Positions 1 through 9,757 of a stretch of DNA of 44,592 nt are shown piece by piece. Source of the stretch: a virus (Duplodnaviria > Caudoviricetes); IMG/VR virus record IMGVR_UViG_3300044477_000003, positions 1 through 44,592 of that record; one strand, written 5' to 3'. The position numbers and the translations under genes were made by a program. The first letter of the stretch is position 1; each line of letters starts with the position of its first letter. Below the pieces are notes generated by a model. The model saw only the letters and a list, made by a program, of their open reading frames with translations, was not told where the DNA came from and made no database searches.

Positions 1-127
1 ACACTGCTCAGGAACTTATCAGTGAACAACTGAAAGAAGTTCTTGACCCTGGAAAGAAGACAACAGGAACAGGGACCGAAGAACCTGGAAAGAACCCACA
101 GGACGTAATTGAAATCGTTGACATTGC
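1..127. repeat. Terminal direct repeat, left copy (assembly overlap)
   Basis: 1-127 is identical to 44466-44592; 127 is a common assembler k-mer length; one ORF reads through the junction. Confidence 0.95.
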
Positions 128-272
128 CGGAGCAAAGACTCAGGTACAAGCAGACGAAATCATTGTTAAGTATTTAATGCAGATTGGAGAGACAAGGGGT
201 TCGGCCTCATTCTCTGATAAGCAGAAGAAACTGAGGGAGGACAATGGGGTGGCTAAACTGCCTATTCGATAA
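3..272 (+). CDS. 3' part of the putative capsid scaffolding protein (starts at 43793 and crosses the junction)
   Basis: Frame continues ...TAQELISEQLKEVLDPG...NGVAKLPIR to TAA at 270-272; absent from the ORF track because it is split. Confidence 0.8.
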   Translation, partial: TAQELISEQLKEVLDPGKKTTGTGTEEPGKNPQDVIEIVDIAGAKTQVQADEIIVKYLMQIGETRGSASFSDKQKKLREDNGVAKLPIR

Positions 273-278
273 TTTTTT

Positions 279-318
279 AATAGGGGAGGACTTTCTAAAG
301 AGAGTCCTCCTTATTGTT
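279..318 (+). terminator. Hairpin after scaffold gene, probable intrinsic terminator
   Basis: GGAGGACTTT / AGAGTCCTCC stem followed by TTATTGTT. Confidence 0.55.
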
Positions 319-341
319 TAACAAGTAAAATAAAAACCAAA

Positions 342-743
342 ATGAAAACGTTTCTAAAAATTTGTATGCTGATGGTCATCATGCTTCTGCCGGCAACACT
401 GTTGTTTGCTCAGGATGGTACTACACCGAGTGACCCAAGTTCTTTATTCGAATCTGCCTTTGCTACCTTCGTTGGTCTTGTGGCTGCCATTCCAGTTGTA
501 GTGGAGTTCTTTAAGAATTTATTTGGGAAGACTAAGGCCACACCGGATTGGGTTGTACTTACATTATCATGGGTTGTAGGTATAATTATGACGATGGTAG
601 GATGGTATTTCAACTTAGGATTTCTCTCAGGTCTTACATGGTATTGGGCGCTCATATATGGGTTTGGTGCATCTTTAGCGGCAAACGGTGTGGCTGATAC
701 GAAAATAATTCAATGGATATTCACTTTATTCCAAAAAAAGTAA
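342..743 (+). CDS. Membrane protein (signal-like N-terminus plus ~3 TM helices), holin-like
   Basis: Hydrophobic segments and a basic C-terminus in 133 aa. Confidence 0.6.
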   Translation: MKTFLKICMLMVIMLLPATLLFAQDGTTPSDPSSLFESAFATFVGLVAAIPVVVEFFKNLFGKTKATPDWVVLTLSWVVGIIMTMVGWYFNLGFLSGLTWYWALIYGFGASLAANGVADTKIIQWIFTLFQKK

Positions 744-744
744 T

Positions 745-752
745 TACATTTG
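745..752 (+). promoter_or_regulatory. Bacteroidota-type -7 promoter box before capsid gene
   Basis: TACATTTG fits TAnnTTTG, ~60 nt upstream of ATG 812. Confidence 0.5.
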
Positions 753-811
753 CAGTGGATAAATAACGTGCAAGGGTAACACGCAATTACAAACAATTTA
801 AAAAAAATATT

Positions 812-1921
812 ATGTCATTAATTAACACCCGAATTCAGAACATCAGGGCAAAGGGGAACCTGGACAAGAATGAATTGCGCCCAAGCCGTTATGGTGCATT
901 GAACTTGTTCATGCAACAGTCCGAAGACCCTGCAGGTATCTTGACCGACGAACTTAAGACTAAGGCTGAGAGTTCAATTGGTAATACCTTACAAACACCT
1001 GTGATTGATTACGACGGCGGAGTAACGATCGGAAACACTCGTTCGGTAACTATTGCCGATGCTGAGAACACTTCTCAGATGTACACAATCACGTTCGCCA
1101 CTTATGCCTGGGGTTTCACCATTGTTCCGGCAATGTTCATGAACAATGAAATCTCAATGCAACAGGACTTCGAACGTAAGTTCAACAAGTACCTTTACAA
1201 GTTTGGTGAAACACTTGACTCGGCTGCCGTAGCTGCTTTGGCTGCTGCTAAGTCTCAGGTCTTTGCTGATTTACTTCAGTACACCCAAACCGGTAACGTT
1301 GTACAAGCTCCTTGGAAACTACGTGAAAACGTAATCGGGGACATCAACCCTATGATGGCTGCAAACGACCACTTTGGAGAAATCCACGTATTGGGTAATG
1401 CAGGCGTTGAGTCAATCATCCGTAAGTTGGCAGAGAAAGACCTCTACAACGCTGAGAACAAAACGCTTCAGTACAGTGACAAAATCCTTCACTTCTCCAC
1501 TAGGGTGGCAAATGGTGTAGGTGAGTTCGCTAACCTGTTCGCTGTTCAAGGGGGTTCAGTTGGTATCTTAACCCGCTTCGAACGTGAGTCTTTACTCAAC
1601 ACTCGTATGGCCGATGGTACTGAATGGGGTATCGATACACTGCCTATGTTAAACTTCCCAATTGGAACTTACTTCTACGAAAGTAAAGGTGACTTCAACG
1701 CAATTGGTGGTGCTTCAACTGCTGACCTCACCAGAGCACGCAAAGAGCATTATGGTTTCGCAGTGGATGTGGCTTTCATCACTCCATACAACAGTGCACC
1801 GACTACAATCGCTATGCCGATTATGAAGTTCGCAATTAAGTCTGAGACCGCAACAGATGCTCCTCAGGTAGTAATTGCCAACACTACCCTTAACCCTGTA
1901 AACACTCAGGAAGTAGTGTAA
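812..1921 (+). CDS. Major capsid protein
   Basis: 369 aa, downstream of scaffold, codon usage typical of highly expressed genes, followed by a terminator; resembles Bacteroides siphovirus capsids from memory. Confidence 0.8.
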   Translation: MSLINTRIQNIRAKGNLDKNELRPSRYGALNLFMQQSEDPAGILTDELKTKAESSIGNTLQTPVIDYDGGVTIGNTRSVTIADAENTSQMYTITFATYAWGFTIVPAMFMNNEISMQQDFERKFNKYLYKFGETLDSAAVAALAAAKSQVFADLLQYTQTGNVVQAPWKLRENVIGDINPMMAANDHFGEIHVLGNAGVESIIRKLAEKDLYNAENKTLQYSDKILHFSTRVANGVGEFANLFAVQGGSVGILTRFERESLLNTRMADGTEWGIDTLPMLNFPIGTYFYESKGDFNAIGGASTADLTRARKEHYGFAVDVAFITPYNSAPTTIAMPIMKFAIKSETATDAPQVVIANTTLNPVNTQEVV

Positions 1922-1945
1922 ATAATTAAAACAATAACTCATGAG

Positions 1946-1985
1946 AAAAAGGGAGTGGCTTCGACGCCCTCCCTTTTTTTTATTA
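1946..1985 (+). terminator. Rho-independent terminator
   Basis: AAAAAGGGAG...CTCCC followed by a T8 run. Confidence 0.85.
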
Positions 1986-1998
1986 AAAACATAAAGCT

Positions 1999-2836
1999 AT
2001 GAGTTTCGGTTCAGAACTATTAAGCGGATTGACCAGTATATTATATACAGGAAACGCATCTTCTGCAATAGCAAATAATATATTAAACGATAGTGGGTCA
2101 ATAGATACTGGACCATTCTCAAGCTTTAGCATTCAAGTTAAAAGCACGGGGACTTCAGGGACTTTTATATTTGAAGGGTCCAACAATGATGTAGACTTTC
2201 AACCAATACCCGTTTATAATCAAGCATTGGTTGTACGTATTCCTATAATTACAGCAATCACAGCTACTGTGAGTTCTATAATATATGAAGGGTCTTGCAA
2301 CTTTAAATATATAAGACTTAGGATTGTGTCAACCATAGGGGGTGGAAACTTAATAACTTATTCCAATTTATTACGTCATCCTTTAGGTACTGTATCTCAA
2401 GTGGTTTCGAACGGAACTGCAGCTAATTTATTAGCCACTGTTTCTGGAACTGTTACAGCTACTGTAGCAAGTACATCTTTGACCCCGAGTACAACTTTAG
2501 GGTATGCTACTCATACAAATTTTAAAAGTTCTGCAGGAACTAATTCTACATTGGTAAAAGCTACAGCAGGAACAATAGGACATTTGAATGTTTATAACAG
2601 CTCTAGCTCTGTTAGATATTTGAAATTTTATAATAAAGCAACAGCCCCTACTATAGGGACAGATACAGCAGTTCTTATAATACCCATACCCCCCCGGATT
2701 TACAAACATAAACATCCCTGTTCAAGGATGGAGATTCGTTACAGGTATAGGGTTCGGGGTTACAGGGGGGTATGTAAATGGGGACACAACAGCAATATTA
2801 GCAGATGAAATCATTTTAAATATTACGTATGTATAG
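1999..2836 (+). CDS. Ser/Thr-rich virion accessory (decoration/fibre-like) protein with a +1 frameshift at a C7 run
   Basis: Frame-0 ORF ends at 2808; the +1 frame after C7 (2689-2695) gives GFTNINIPVQGWRFVTGIGFGVTGG...LNITYV* ending at 2836, overlapping ATG 2829. Confidence 0.6.
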
Positions 2837-4133
2837 ACCGGCAGAAATTAAAACAGGGTTGCTACACCTTTGGGGTTGGAGGCAACACCATGATGTGGCT
2901 GAGTTCACCATATCGGATAGTTTGACTCAAAGTGAAACAGGGCAATTCTTTCAGGAGATTCACCCTATGTTGACTTTGAACAACATAAAGTCTATTGCTC
3001 CAAACTTTGACTTGATTACTTATCCGGCTTGGGTTAATACTACCCAATATAGAGAAGGAGACCGAGTGACTGAGGGGGGTAAGAACTATCGTGCCAAATT
3101 GTCCAATTCAGGGAAGACCCCGGAAACCAATACAACTGAATGGGAACGATTCGACCAGTTCTCTGAATGGCTGGAGCAAAAGACTCAGGGTAGTATCTTG
3201 AAAGCAATCAGAACTTTCTGGGATGAGAAAATGTCAGAAAAGACAGCAAAGAACATTCTGGAAAGTAAGACCTTATTTAATGGCACTGGACGAATCACGG
3301 ACATAATACCTTCAGGGACAAACCTTGTAGGATTTGAGTTAGTTCCAATCAGAGCCAACGGCGTTACTTTAAAAATCGATAAGATTGGACTTCAGATGAC
3401 TGGTCAAGGTCCAGTCAAATTATATCTGATGCACTCAAGCAGGATGGACCCGGTTAAAGTAATCACTTTGGAAAGAACAAGGAATGCAGGCATACAATGG
3501 TTCGACCAAACAGACTTATTCCTTCCATACCTCAGCGATGAGACTGATGCAGGGGGTTCATGGTATTTGGCTTATAGACAGGATGAACTTGGTCAAGACG
3601 TTCAGGCCATAAATAAAGATAAGGATTGGAGCGCCAAACCTTGTAACACCTGTGACCCATCAGAATCCTCTAACTGGAGAGTCTGGAGTCGTTACTTAGA
3701 AGTGCATCCTTTCAAGACCAGTCAATATGAATTGGACCAAGATTCGAATCCTGAACTTTGGGATGTAGCAACGAACCTTTATACTTACACTTCTAATTGG
3801 GGTATCAACCTACAGATTTCTATTGAGTGTGATATTACTGACATTATACTCGAACAACGTAGAACCTTTCAGAACATAATCGGGCTTCAGGTTGGAATAG
3901 ATATGTTGAGGGAGATGGCTTATAATCCTAACTTCAATATAGGAAGGACTCAACAAAACTTCTCCAGACAAGACATCATGTATGAAATCGATGGAGATAG
4001 TCAGGGGTATAAAAAAAGTGGTCTGGTTTACAACTTCAATAAAGCCATGGAAGCTGTCAAAATAGATACCACTCAGATGAGCAGGGTATGCTTCCCATGT
4101 AATAACAGGGGTGTAAGATTCAGAACAGTATAG
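2829..4133 (+). CDS. Putative head-tail connector / structural protein with CBM5/12-like N-terminal segment
   Basis: 434 aa in morphogenesis operon; AWVNTTQYREGDRVTEGGKNYRAK resembles ChtBD3/CBM12. Confidence 0.55.
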   Translation: MYRPAEIKTGLLHLWGWRQHHDVAEFTISDSLTQSETGQFFQEIHPMLTLNNIKSIAPNFDLITYPAWVNTTQYREGDRVTEGGKNYRAKLSNSGKTPETNTTEWERFDQFSEWLEQKTQGSILKAIRTFWDEKMSEKTAKNILESKTLFNGTGRITDIIPSGTNLVGFELVPIRANGVTLKIDKIGLQMTGQGPVKLYLMHSSRMDPVKVITLERTRNAGIQWFDQTDLFLPYLSDETDAGGSWYLAYRQDELGQDVQAINKDKDWSAKPCNTCDPSESSNWRVWSRYLEVHPFKTSQYELDQDSNPELWDVATNLYTYTSNWGINLQISIECDITDIILEQRRTFQNIIGLQVGIDMLREMAYNPNFNIGRTQQNFSRQDIMYEIDGDSQGYKKSGLVYNFNKAMEAVKIDTTQMSRVCFPCNNRGVRFRTV

Positions 4134-4135
4134 CC

Positions 4136-4576
4136 ATGAAAAAACTTGACGAACTCATATCTAGATTGAAAAGCTTCGAGGATGAAATAATAAAAGTCAT
4201 CGAACAGGTAGTTCGTGAGAACGAAGCTATCATTCTGGATATGAACGCCGAGGACCAGTTGTATGAAAAGGGTATAGACAGAACAGGAACATTCATTGCT
4301 GACTATGCCCCATACGCTCCTCTTACGATAGAGATTAAGAAAGCAAAGGGACAACCCACGGCCCGGGTAACTTTAAGAGATGAAGGAGACTTTCACAGGT
4401 CCTTTTATATAGAGTACACGACTGAAGGGTTTCAGATTAAAGCTGATGACTGGAAGACCTCAGACCTTATGAAAGGATATGGGGAGGAAATCCTCGGCCT
4501 TACTGATGACAACTTTGCTGAGTTCGCAAACGATTATGTCAAACCTGCATTAGCAGAATTACTTATAAAATTATGA
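4136..4576 (+). CDS. Putative neck/tail-completion protein
   Basis: YAPLTIEIKKAKGQ...VTLRDEGDF resembles virion morphogenesis proteins; position. Confidence 0.55.
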   Translation: MKKLDELISRLKSFEDEIIKVIEQVVRENEAIILDMNAEDQLYEKGIDRTGTFIADYAPYAPLTIEIKKAKGQPTARVTLRDEGDFHRSFYIEYTTEGFQIKADDWKTSDLMKGYGEEILGLTDDNFAEFANDYVKPALAELLIKL

Positions 4577-5142
4577 ACATACCAGTAGTGCCAAAGCCGG
4601 ATGTACCGGCATTCACAGATAAGGTAGTTGTCCAGATTCAGGATGCTCTGAAAGCAAAACTATCTTGGCTCAACTATTCATTTGGTAGAGCACAAAAATT
4701 AGTAACCCTGAAGGATAAACAAAACTACTTTTATCCTGGTGTACACATTGGAAAAGGTACATACATCAATGTACTTCCGGACCAGAACCTTGGGAATTAT
4801 TCCTTTTTTGTAATCGAGGACCCTCAGAACGTGGACTTCAGAACTCACACTTCAAGCAACGTCCGGTTGAAGTATTCCCTCGTATTCTGGTTCAATCTCA
4901 ATAAGATTTTCCCGGGGGTTCATGACCGAAACACTGAGGCATTAAAGGCTCAGATTATAAAGGTACTTACTCGAGAATTATTCTTGACCACAGGAAGAAT
5001 TGACATACGTCAAATCTATGAACAACCTGAAAACATTTATAAAGGTTACAGTTTGAAAGAGATTGACAGTCAATACATGATGCAACCTTATGGGGGTATA
5101 AGATTTGAGGGTGAAATGATATTCATGGAAGGAGGGTGCTAA
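4573..5142 (+). CDS. Putative tail terminator / structural protein
   Basis: 189 aa, translationally coupled, position in operon. Confidence 0.45.
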   Translation: MNIPVVPKPDVPAFTDKVVVQIQDALKAKLSWLNYSFGRAQKLVTLKDKQNYFYPGVHIGKGTYINVLPDQNLGNYSFFVIEDPQNVDFRTHTSSNVRLKYSLVFWFNLNKIFPGVHDRNTEALKAQIIKVLTRELFLTTGRIDIRQIYEQPENIYKGYSLKEIDSQYMMQPYGGIRFEGEMIFMEGGC

Positions 5143-5143
5143 T

Positions 5144-5395
5144 ATGGTCCAGGAATTAACTCTTTTGGCCCTCAGTGCCACTTTTATTCTTCTCCTTATA
5201 ACCAAATTGGGTTGGAGGGAAAAGGTCCAAATATATGGCCCTAAATTGTTCTCTTATATGTTCAACTGTGACTTTTGTATTTCCTTTTGGATTTGCTTTG
5301 TTCTGTCAGTTCTTTTATTTACTTTTGTGAACAGAGATTGGGTTGTTCTATTTTATCCAATTTTTGCTACACCCATAGTTAGAAAGATGTTATGA
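5144..5395 (+). CDS. Small membrane protein with CxxC
   Basis: 83 aa, hydrophobic, CDFCISFW. Confidence 0.55.
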   Translation: MVQELTLLALSATFILLLITKLGWREKVQIYGPKLFSYMFNCDFCISFWICFVLSVLLFTFVNRDWVVLFYPIFATPIVRKML

Positions 5396-6144
5396 AGACT
5401 ATCGACATAGGAATACATAAAGTTGAGATATACGATTCGATTGATGAACTGCCTGTAAAAAGATTTCATAAGTTCAATAAGTACTTACTTGTTGATGCAG
5501 GGATTGGGAGTGATATGATGGACCTCAACGACAGGATTCTGAAGATAATGAGGTACATTGATAAGTCTGATAAGACCAATGCAAAAGTGGAATTGGAGAA
5601 CCTGCGCCAATCCATTTACCTTATCTCTCAGGAGACCAATGTGAAGCATCTATCTTTTATGGCCTTGGTCAAAAGTATTGATGGGGTTGAGGTCACGGAC
5701 CTTTCAGACGATAATTTAAAGAAATTACAAAAGACATTCGATACTACACCACTAGGATTCTTCAGTCAATTACTGATGAACTTTAAAAAAAAAGTAGACA
5801 CTGAACTGGCTTTGTACTTTCCCGGGCAATTCGATGATGCTGCATCAAGAGAATACTGTGACAAATTAAAAGCTCGAATACTTCTACAACTTGATTCGAT
5901 AATACGCAAGACCAACAACACGGAGGAGATTGACCGAATAGACGATTTCCTCCTTACGTTGGCCAAACCAAAAATTTTCTCAGGAAGGGAAAGCGCAGAG
6001 ATTGCATACGATAAACAGTTCGAAGATATGTGTTTGTTTTTGGCCCACGAGTTATCCCTGGACATAGACAAACTTTCTGTTCTTCAGTTCTATAATTCCT
6101 TCGAGTATATTAAAAAAATAAGGAAGAAACAAAATGGCAGATAA
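5392..6144 (+). CDS. Putative tail assembly chaperone
   Basis: Directly upstream of tape measure; central A9 run at 5785-5793. Confidence 0.55.
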   Translation: MKTIDIGIHKVEIYDSIDELPVKRFHKFNKYLLVDAGIGSDMMDLNDRILKIMRYIDKSDKTNAKVELENLRQSIYLISQETNVKHLSFMALVKSIDGVEVTDLSDDNLKKLQKTFDTTPLGFFSQLLMNFKKKVDTELALYFPGQFDDAASREYCDKLKARILLQLDSIIRKTNNTEEIDRIDDFLLTLAKPKIFSGRESAEIAYDKQFEDMCLFLAHELSLDIDKLSVLQFYNSFEYIKKIRKKQNGR

Positions 6145-9100
6145 TCCTATTAAATATAGCGACTTCATCCAACCGGATGGAAGTATCTCGGACCTCATCA
6201 AACAACTTGAGCAGGTCCAAACCACGTATGGGAAGATGAAGGATGACGTTGTCTCTGCTGCTAAAGAACTTGAGGCCGCGCTTAAAAAAGTAAACAACAC
6301 GAATTCTGAAGGGCAGGACACTACAAAGAAAGGAGCCACTGAGGCCGAACGATTAGCGAAGGCCTACGATGATTTGTCCAAGTCTCAAACTAATACGGCC
6401 CAACAGTTGGCAGACCTTAAACGCCAACAAGCAGAACAGAACAACATCAATAAACTTACTGCTAAACTGAACGCTTCAACAGAAGGTTCTTATGACCGAC
6501 TGTCTGCTCAGTATTCTCTGAATAAAATCAGGCTCAATGGTATGAGTAAAGAGATGAGGGAAACAACCGAGGAAGGAAAAGCCTTAGAGAAACAATCAAA
6601 AGAGATATACGAGGAAATGAAAAGGCTTCAGTCTGCCACTGGACAGAACCAACTCAATGTGGGTAACTATCCAGATATGACTGAGGCCTTAGGGGGTTAC
6701 TCTGATAAGTTGAAAGAAGCAATGGGGTTGAATAATTCTTTTGGAGGGTCGCTATTATCAATGGCTCAATCTGGAGGAGGATTTCAAAATCTATTAGGGG
6801 GTATCGGTCAGGGTGTAAAATCCTTGGGGGCTTCAATGCTCACCCTTATGGCCAATCCTGTATTCTTGGCAATCGCAGGTATTGCGGCCGCCGGGGCTGC
6901 CTTTAAATTCTGGTTTGATTACAACCAAGGACTTGTTGAAGCAACCAAGTTAACTAATCAATTCACTGGTAAATCTGGAGATGACTTAAAGGCATACAGA
7001 AATGAAATCCAGGCCACTGCTGATATGTATGATAAGGATTTCAAGGAAACACTTATAGCAGTCAATGCAGTATCAAAGCAATTTGGGATTGAACAAGAGG
7101 AGGCCTTGAGATTGGTTCAAGATGGATTTATTGCAGGGGCTGACGCTAACGGTGAATTTCTGGAGAACTTAAAAGAATATCCTGCCTACTTTAAAGAAGC
7201 CGGGATTTCTGCAAGTCAATTTATTGCAATTACTACAGCAGCAAATAAGTCTGGTATCTATTCGGATAAAGGTATTGACGTAATAAAAGAGGGCAATCTT
7301 CGAATCAGAGAGATGACTGTATCAACGGCTGCTGCTCTGGATGGTATTGGTATAAGTTCCAAACAGGTTCAAAAGGATTTACAGGATGGGTCAAAGACTA
7401 CATTCCAAGTCATGCAAGAGGTATCTGCTAAACTTGGAGAACTTCCTGCAAGTTCTCAGGCAGTGGGTACGGCTATCGCTGATATATTCGGAGGACCTGG
7501 AGAAGATGCAGGACTTCAGTACATTGCTACATTAAAGGACATTGATACGAACCTTGATTCTGTAAAAGAGAAAGCCGGTAAACTTGGACAACTTCAGGAA
7601 GAACAACTTAGAAGCCAGGTGGAACTCAACAACGTGATTGCCAGTCTGTTTGATGCAACAGGGGGGACGTTTGAAGAGATGACTACAGGGGCAAAGATAT
7701 TTTTGAATGAGGCTCTTATAGGTATAATTAAAGGAGTGGTTGAGTTGATTAATTACTTCATAGAATTATACAACGATTCAATAGCATTCAGGGCAATAGT
7801 TCAATCCCTTGTAACAAATTGGGCAATACTCTGGAATACTATAAAATCAGTATTCACTTATGTAATTGACCAAGTAAAAGTAATCGGGAAAGCTTTACAT
7901 GGAGCTTTCACTTTGAACTTTGACGAAATAAAAGACGCCTACGCTGATTGGGGTAAGAACACTTTGAAGTTGACTAAGTCAGTAGTTAATGGCACAGTGG
8001 AAGAAGTCAAAAAGGGATGGGACCGAATGCAGAAGAAAGTCAAACCTATTACTATTGGTTTATCTGTCGAGGGTTCTACTTCTACAAAGTCAACTACAGG
8101 AGGGACCGGAGGCGGAGGGGCACCTAAGAAAACACCACCTAAGAAAACAACTGATAAGGAACTGGAAGACATTCGGAAACACAATCTTGACTTGGTCCGT
8201 AAATATGAGGACTCTCAGACTGCTTTAGAAGCAAATGAATTTGAAAAGAGAAGGAAACAAACACTATTGAGTTATAGCAGACAAATAGAAGATTTAAAAT
8301 ATCAACTTGCTACGGATAAGAAACTCAATGAAGATGGAAGAAAGGCATTGAGTGGTATGCTTATAAACCTTGGAGAACAACAAACCAAGGAACTTCTCCA
8401 GATTGAACAGGATAGACAGACTCAAGAATTGAATCAGCAAAAAGCTGCACTTCAATTGAAATTAGATTCAGCGCAAAAAGGGTCATTGGAAGAACTGGAG
8501 CTTCGCAAAGAGATGATTGACAAAGAGAACCAGTTAGCGCTATTGGAGAATGATAAGAAACCAGCAGCCCAGAAACAGGATGTAGGAGACATCAATAAAA
8601 AGTTCGATATTCAAAGAGCAGCAATAAAGGATGAGTACAACCAATTGGCCATGATGCAATTTGACCATCAACAGGACTTGGCTGCTTCTGAATTCGATTT
8701 GCTTCGGACTACTGAAGGAGAAAAGACTCGATTCAAATTGGAACAGGAAAAGGAACGGCTCCAGAAAATTCTTGAACTTAACAAAGCCGCAGGGGTTAAA
8801 CTTAGTGATGTAGAAGTAGCAACAATAGAGAACACCATTAAGAAAATAGACAACCAGATTTCAGCATCCAAGAAAGATGACCAAGACTTCTATTCGATGG
8901 TTGGTCTTAACCTGAACGATGAACAGAAAGACGCCATTGCAACGAGTACTCAATTCGCAATGGATAACTTAAATACGTTCCTACAGGCCAAAGTGGATGC
9001 TGCCAACATAGCCGTTGAAGCTGCTAACACGGAGGTGGATGCTTCCCAAAGTAAATTGGACGCTGAGATTGAAGCAAGAAATAATGGGTATGCTTCTAAT

Positions 9101-9757
9101 GTTTCTATGGCTCAGAAAGAACTTGACCTAGCGAAGAAGAACCAAGAGAAAGCCCTGAAGGAACAGGAGAAAGCTCAAAAGGCTCAGAAGGCAATTGAAA
9201 CACTTCAACAAGTTTCATCCCTTGTCACCGCCACTGCCGGGATTTGGAAATCATTTGCCGGCACGGGTCCATGGGGTATTGCTTTGGCCGTGGCTGGTAC
9301 TGCTCTCATGTGGGGGTCATTCGCTGCTGCCAAGATTAAAGCTTCTCAGTTAACCAAAAAAGAATATGGTGAAGGAGGTCTTGAGTTTTTGGAAGGGGGT
9401 TCACACTCTTCAGGAAATGACATTGGGATTGGGACAACCCGGGATGGACGAGACAGAAGAGCAGAAGGGGGAGAAGCTTTAGCAATCATTCGGAGAACTT
9501 CTACAAGGAAATACAGAAAAATGCTTCCTGGTATTATAGACTCATTGAATAAAGGTATATTTGAAAAGAAATATATGGGGGCTTACGATACAGGGGGCAT
9601 GAGTATCAATATGTCAAATAATAACGTAGACCTCAAGAACCTAGAGAACGACGTTAGAGACATAAAGAAACAAGGTGAAAGACGATACCACACAGACAGT
9701 AATGGTAGAGTCGTTGAAACGTATAAGAATTTAAAACGCACATATAATGCTAATTAA
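6134..9757 (+). CDS. Tail tape measure protein
   Basis: 1207 aa, coiled-coil and Ala/Gln-rich, hydrophobic stretches, ADIFGGPGEDAG core. Confidence 0.9.
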   Translation: MADNPIKYSDFIQPDGSISDLIKQLEQVQTTYGKMKDDVVSAAKELEAALKKVNNTNSEGQDTTKKGATEAERLAKAYDDLSKSQTNTAQQLADLKRQQAEQNNINKLTAKLNASTEGSYDRLSAQYSLNKIRLNGMSKEMRETTEEGKALEKQSKEIYEEMKRLQSATGQNQLNVGNYPDMTEALGGYSDKLKEAMGLNNSFGGSLLSMAQSGGGFQNLLGGIGQGVKSLGASMLTLMANPVFLAIAGIAAAGAAFKFWFDYNQGLVEATKLTNQFTGKSGDDLKAYRNEIQATADMYDKDFKETLIAVNAVSKQFGIEQEEALRLVQDGFIAGADANGEFLENLKEYPAYFKEAGISASQFIAITTAANKSGIYSDKGIDVIKEGNLRIREMTVSTAAALDGIGISSKQVQKDLQDGSKTTFQVMQEVSAKLGELPASSQAVGTAIADIFGGPGEDAGLQYIATLKDIDTNLDSVKEKAGKLGQLQEEQLRSQVELNNVIASLFDATGGTFEEMTTGAKIFLNEALIGIIKGVVELINYFIELYNDSIAFRAIVQSLVTNWAILWNTIKSVFTYVIDQVKVIGKALHGAFTLNFDEIKDAYADWGKNTLKLTKSVVNGTVEEVKKGWDRMQKKVKPITIGLSVEGSTSTKSTTGGTGGGGAPKKTPPKKTTDKELEDIRKHNLDLVRKYEDSQTALEANEFEKRRKQTLLSYSRQIEDLKYQLATDKKLNEDGRKALSGMLINLGEQQTKELLQIEQDRQTQELNQQKAALQLKLDSAQKGSLEELELRKEMIDKENQLALLENDKKPAAQKQDVGDINKKFDIQRAAIKDEYNQLAMMQFDHQQDLAASEFDLLRTTEGEKTRFKLEQEKERLQKILELNKAAGVKLSDVEVATIENTIKKIDNQISASKKDDQDFYSMVGLNLNDEQKDAIATSTQFAMDNLNTFLQAKVDAANIAVEAANTEVDASQSKLDAEIEARNNGYASNVSMAQKELDLAKKNQEKALKEQEKAQKAQKAIETLQQVSSLVTATAGIWKSFAGTGPWGIALAVAGTALMWGSFAAAKIKASQLTKKEYGEGGLEFLEGGSHSSGNDIGIGTTRDGRDRRAEGGEALAIIRRTSTRKYRKMLPGIIDSLNKGIFEKKYMGAYDTGGMSINMSNNNVDLKNLENDVRDIKKQGERRYHTDSNGRVVETYKNLKRTYNAN

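Noticed and set aside
1-127. Terminal repeat as a biological direct terminal repeat
   Set aside because: Length equals a common assembler k-mer and it falls mid-gene; the terminase type suggests headful packaging
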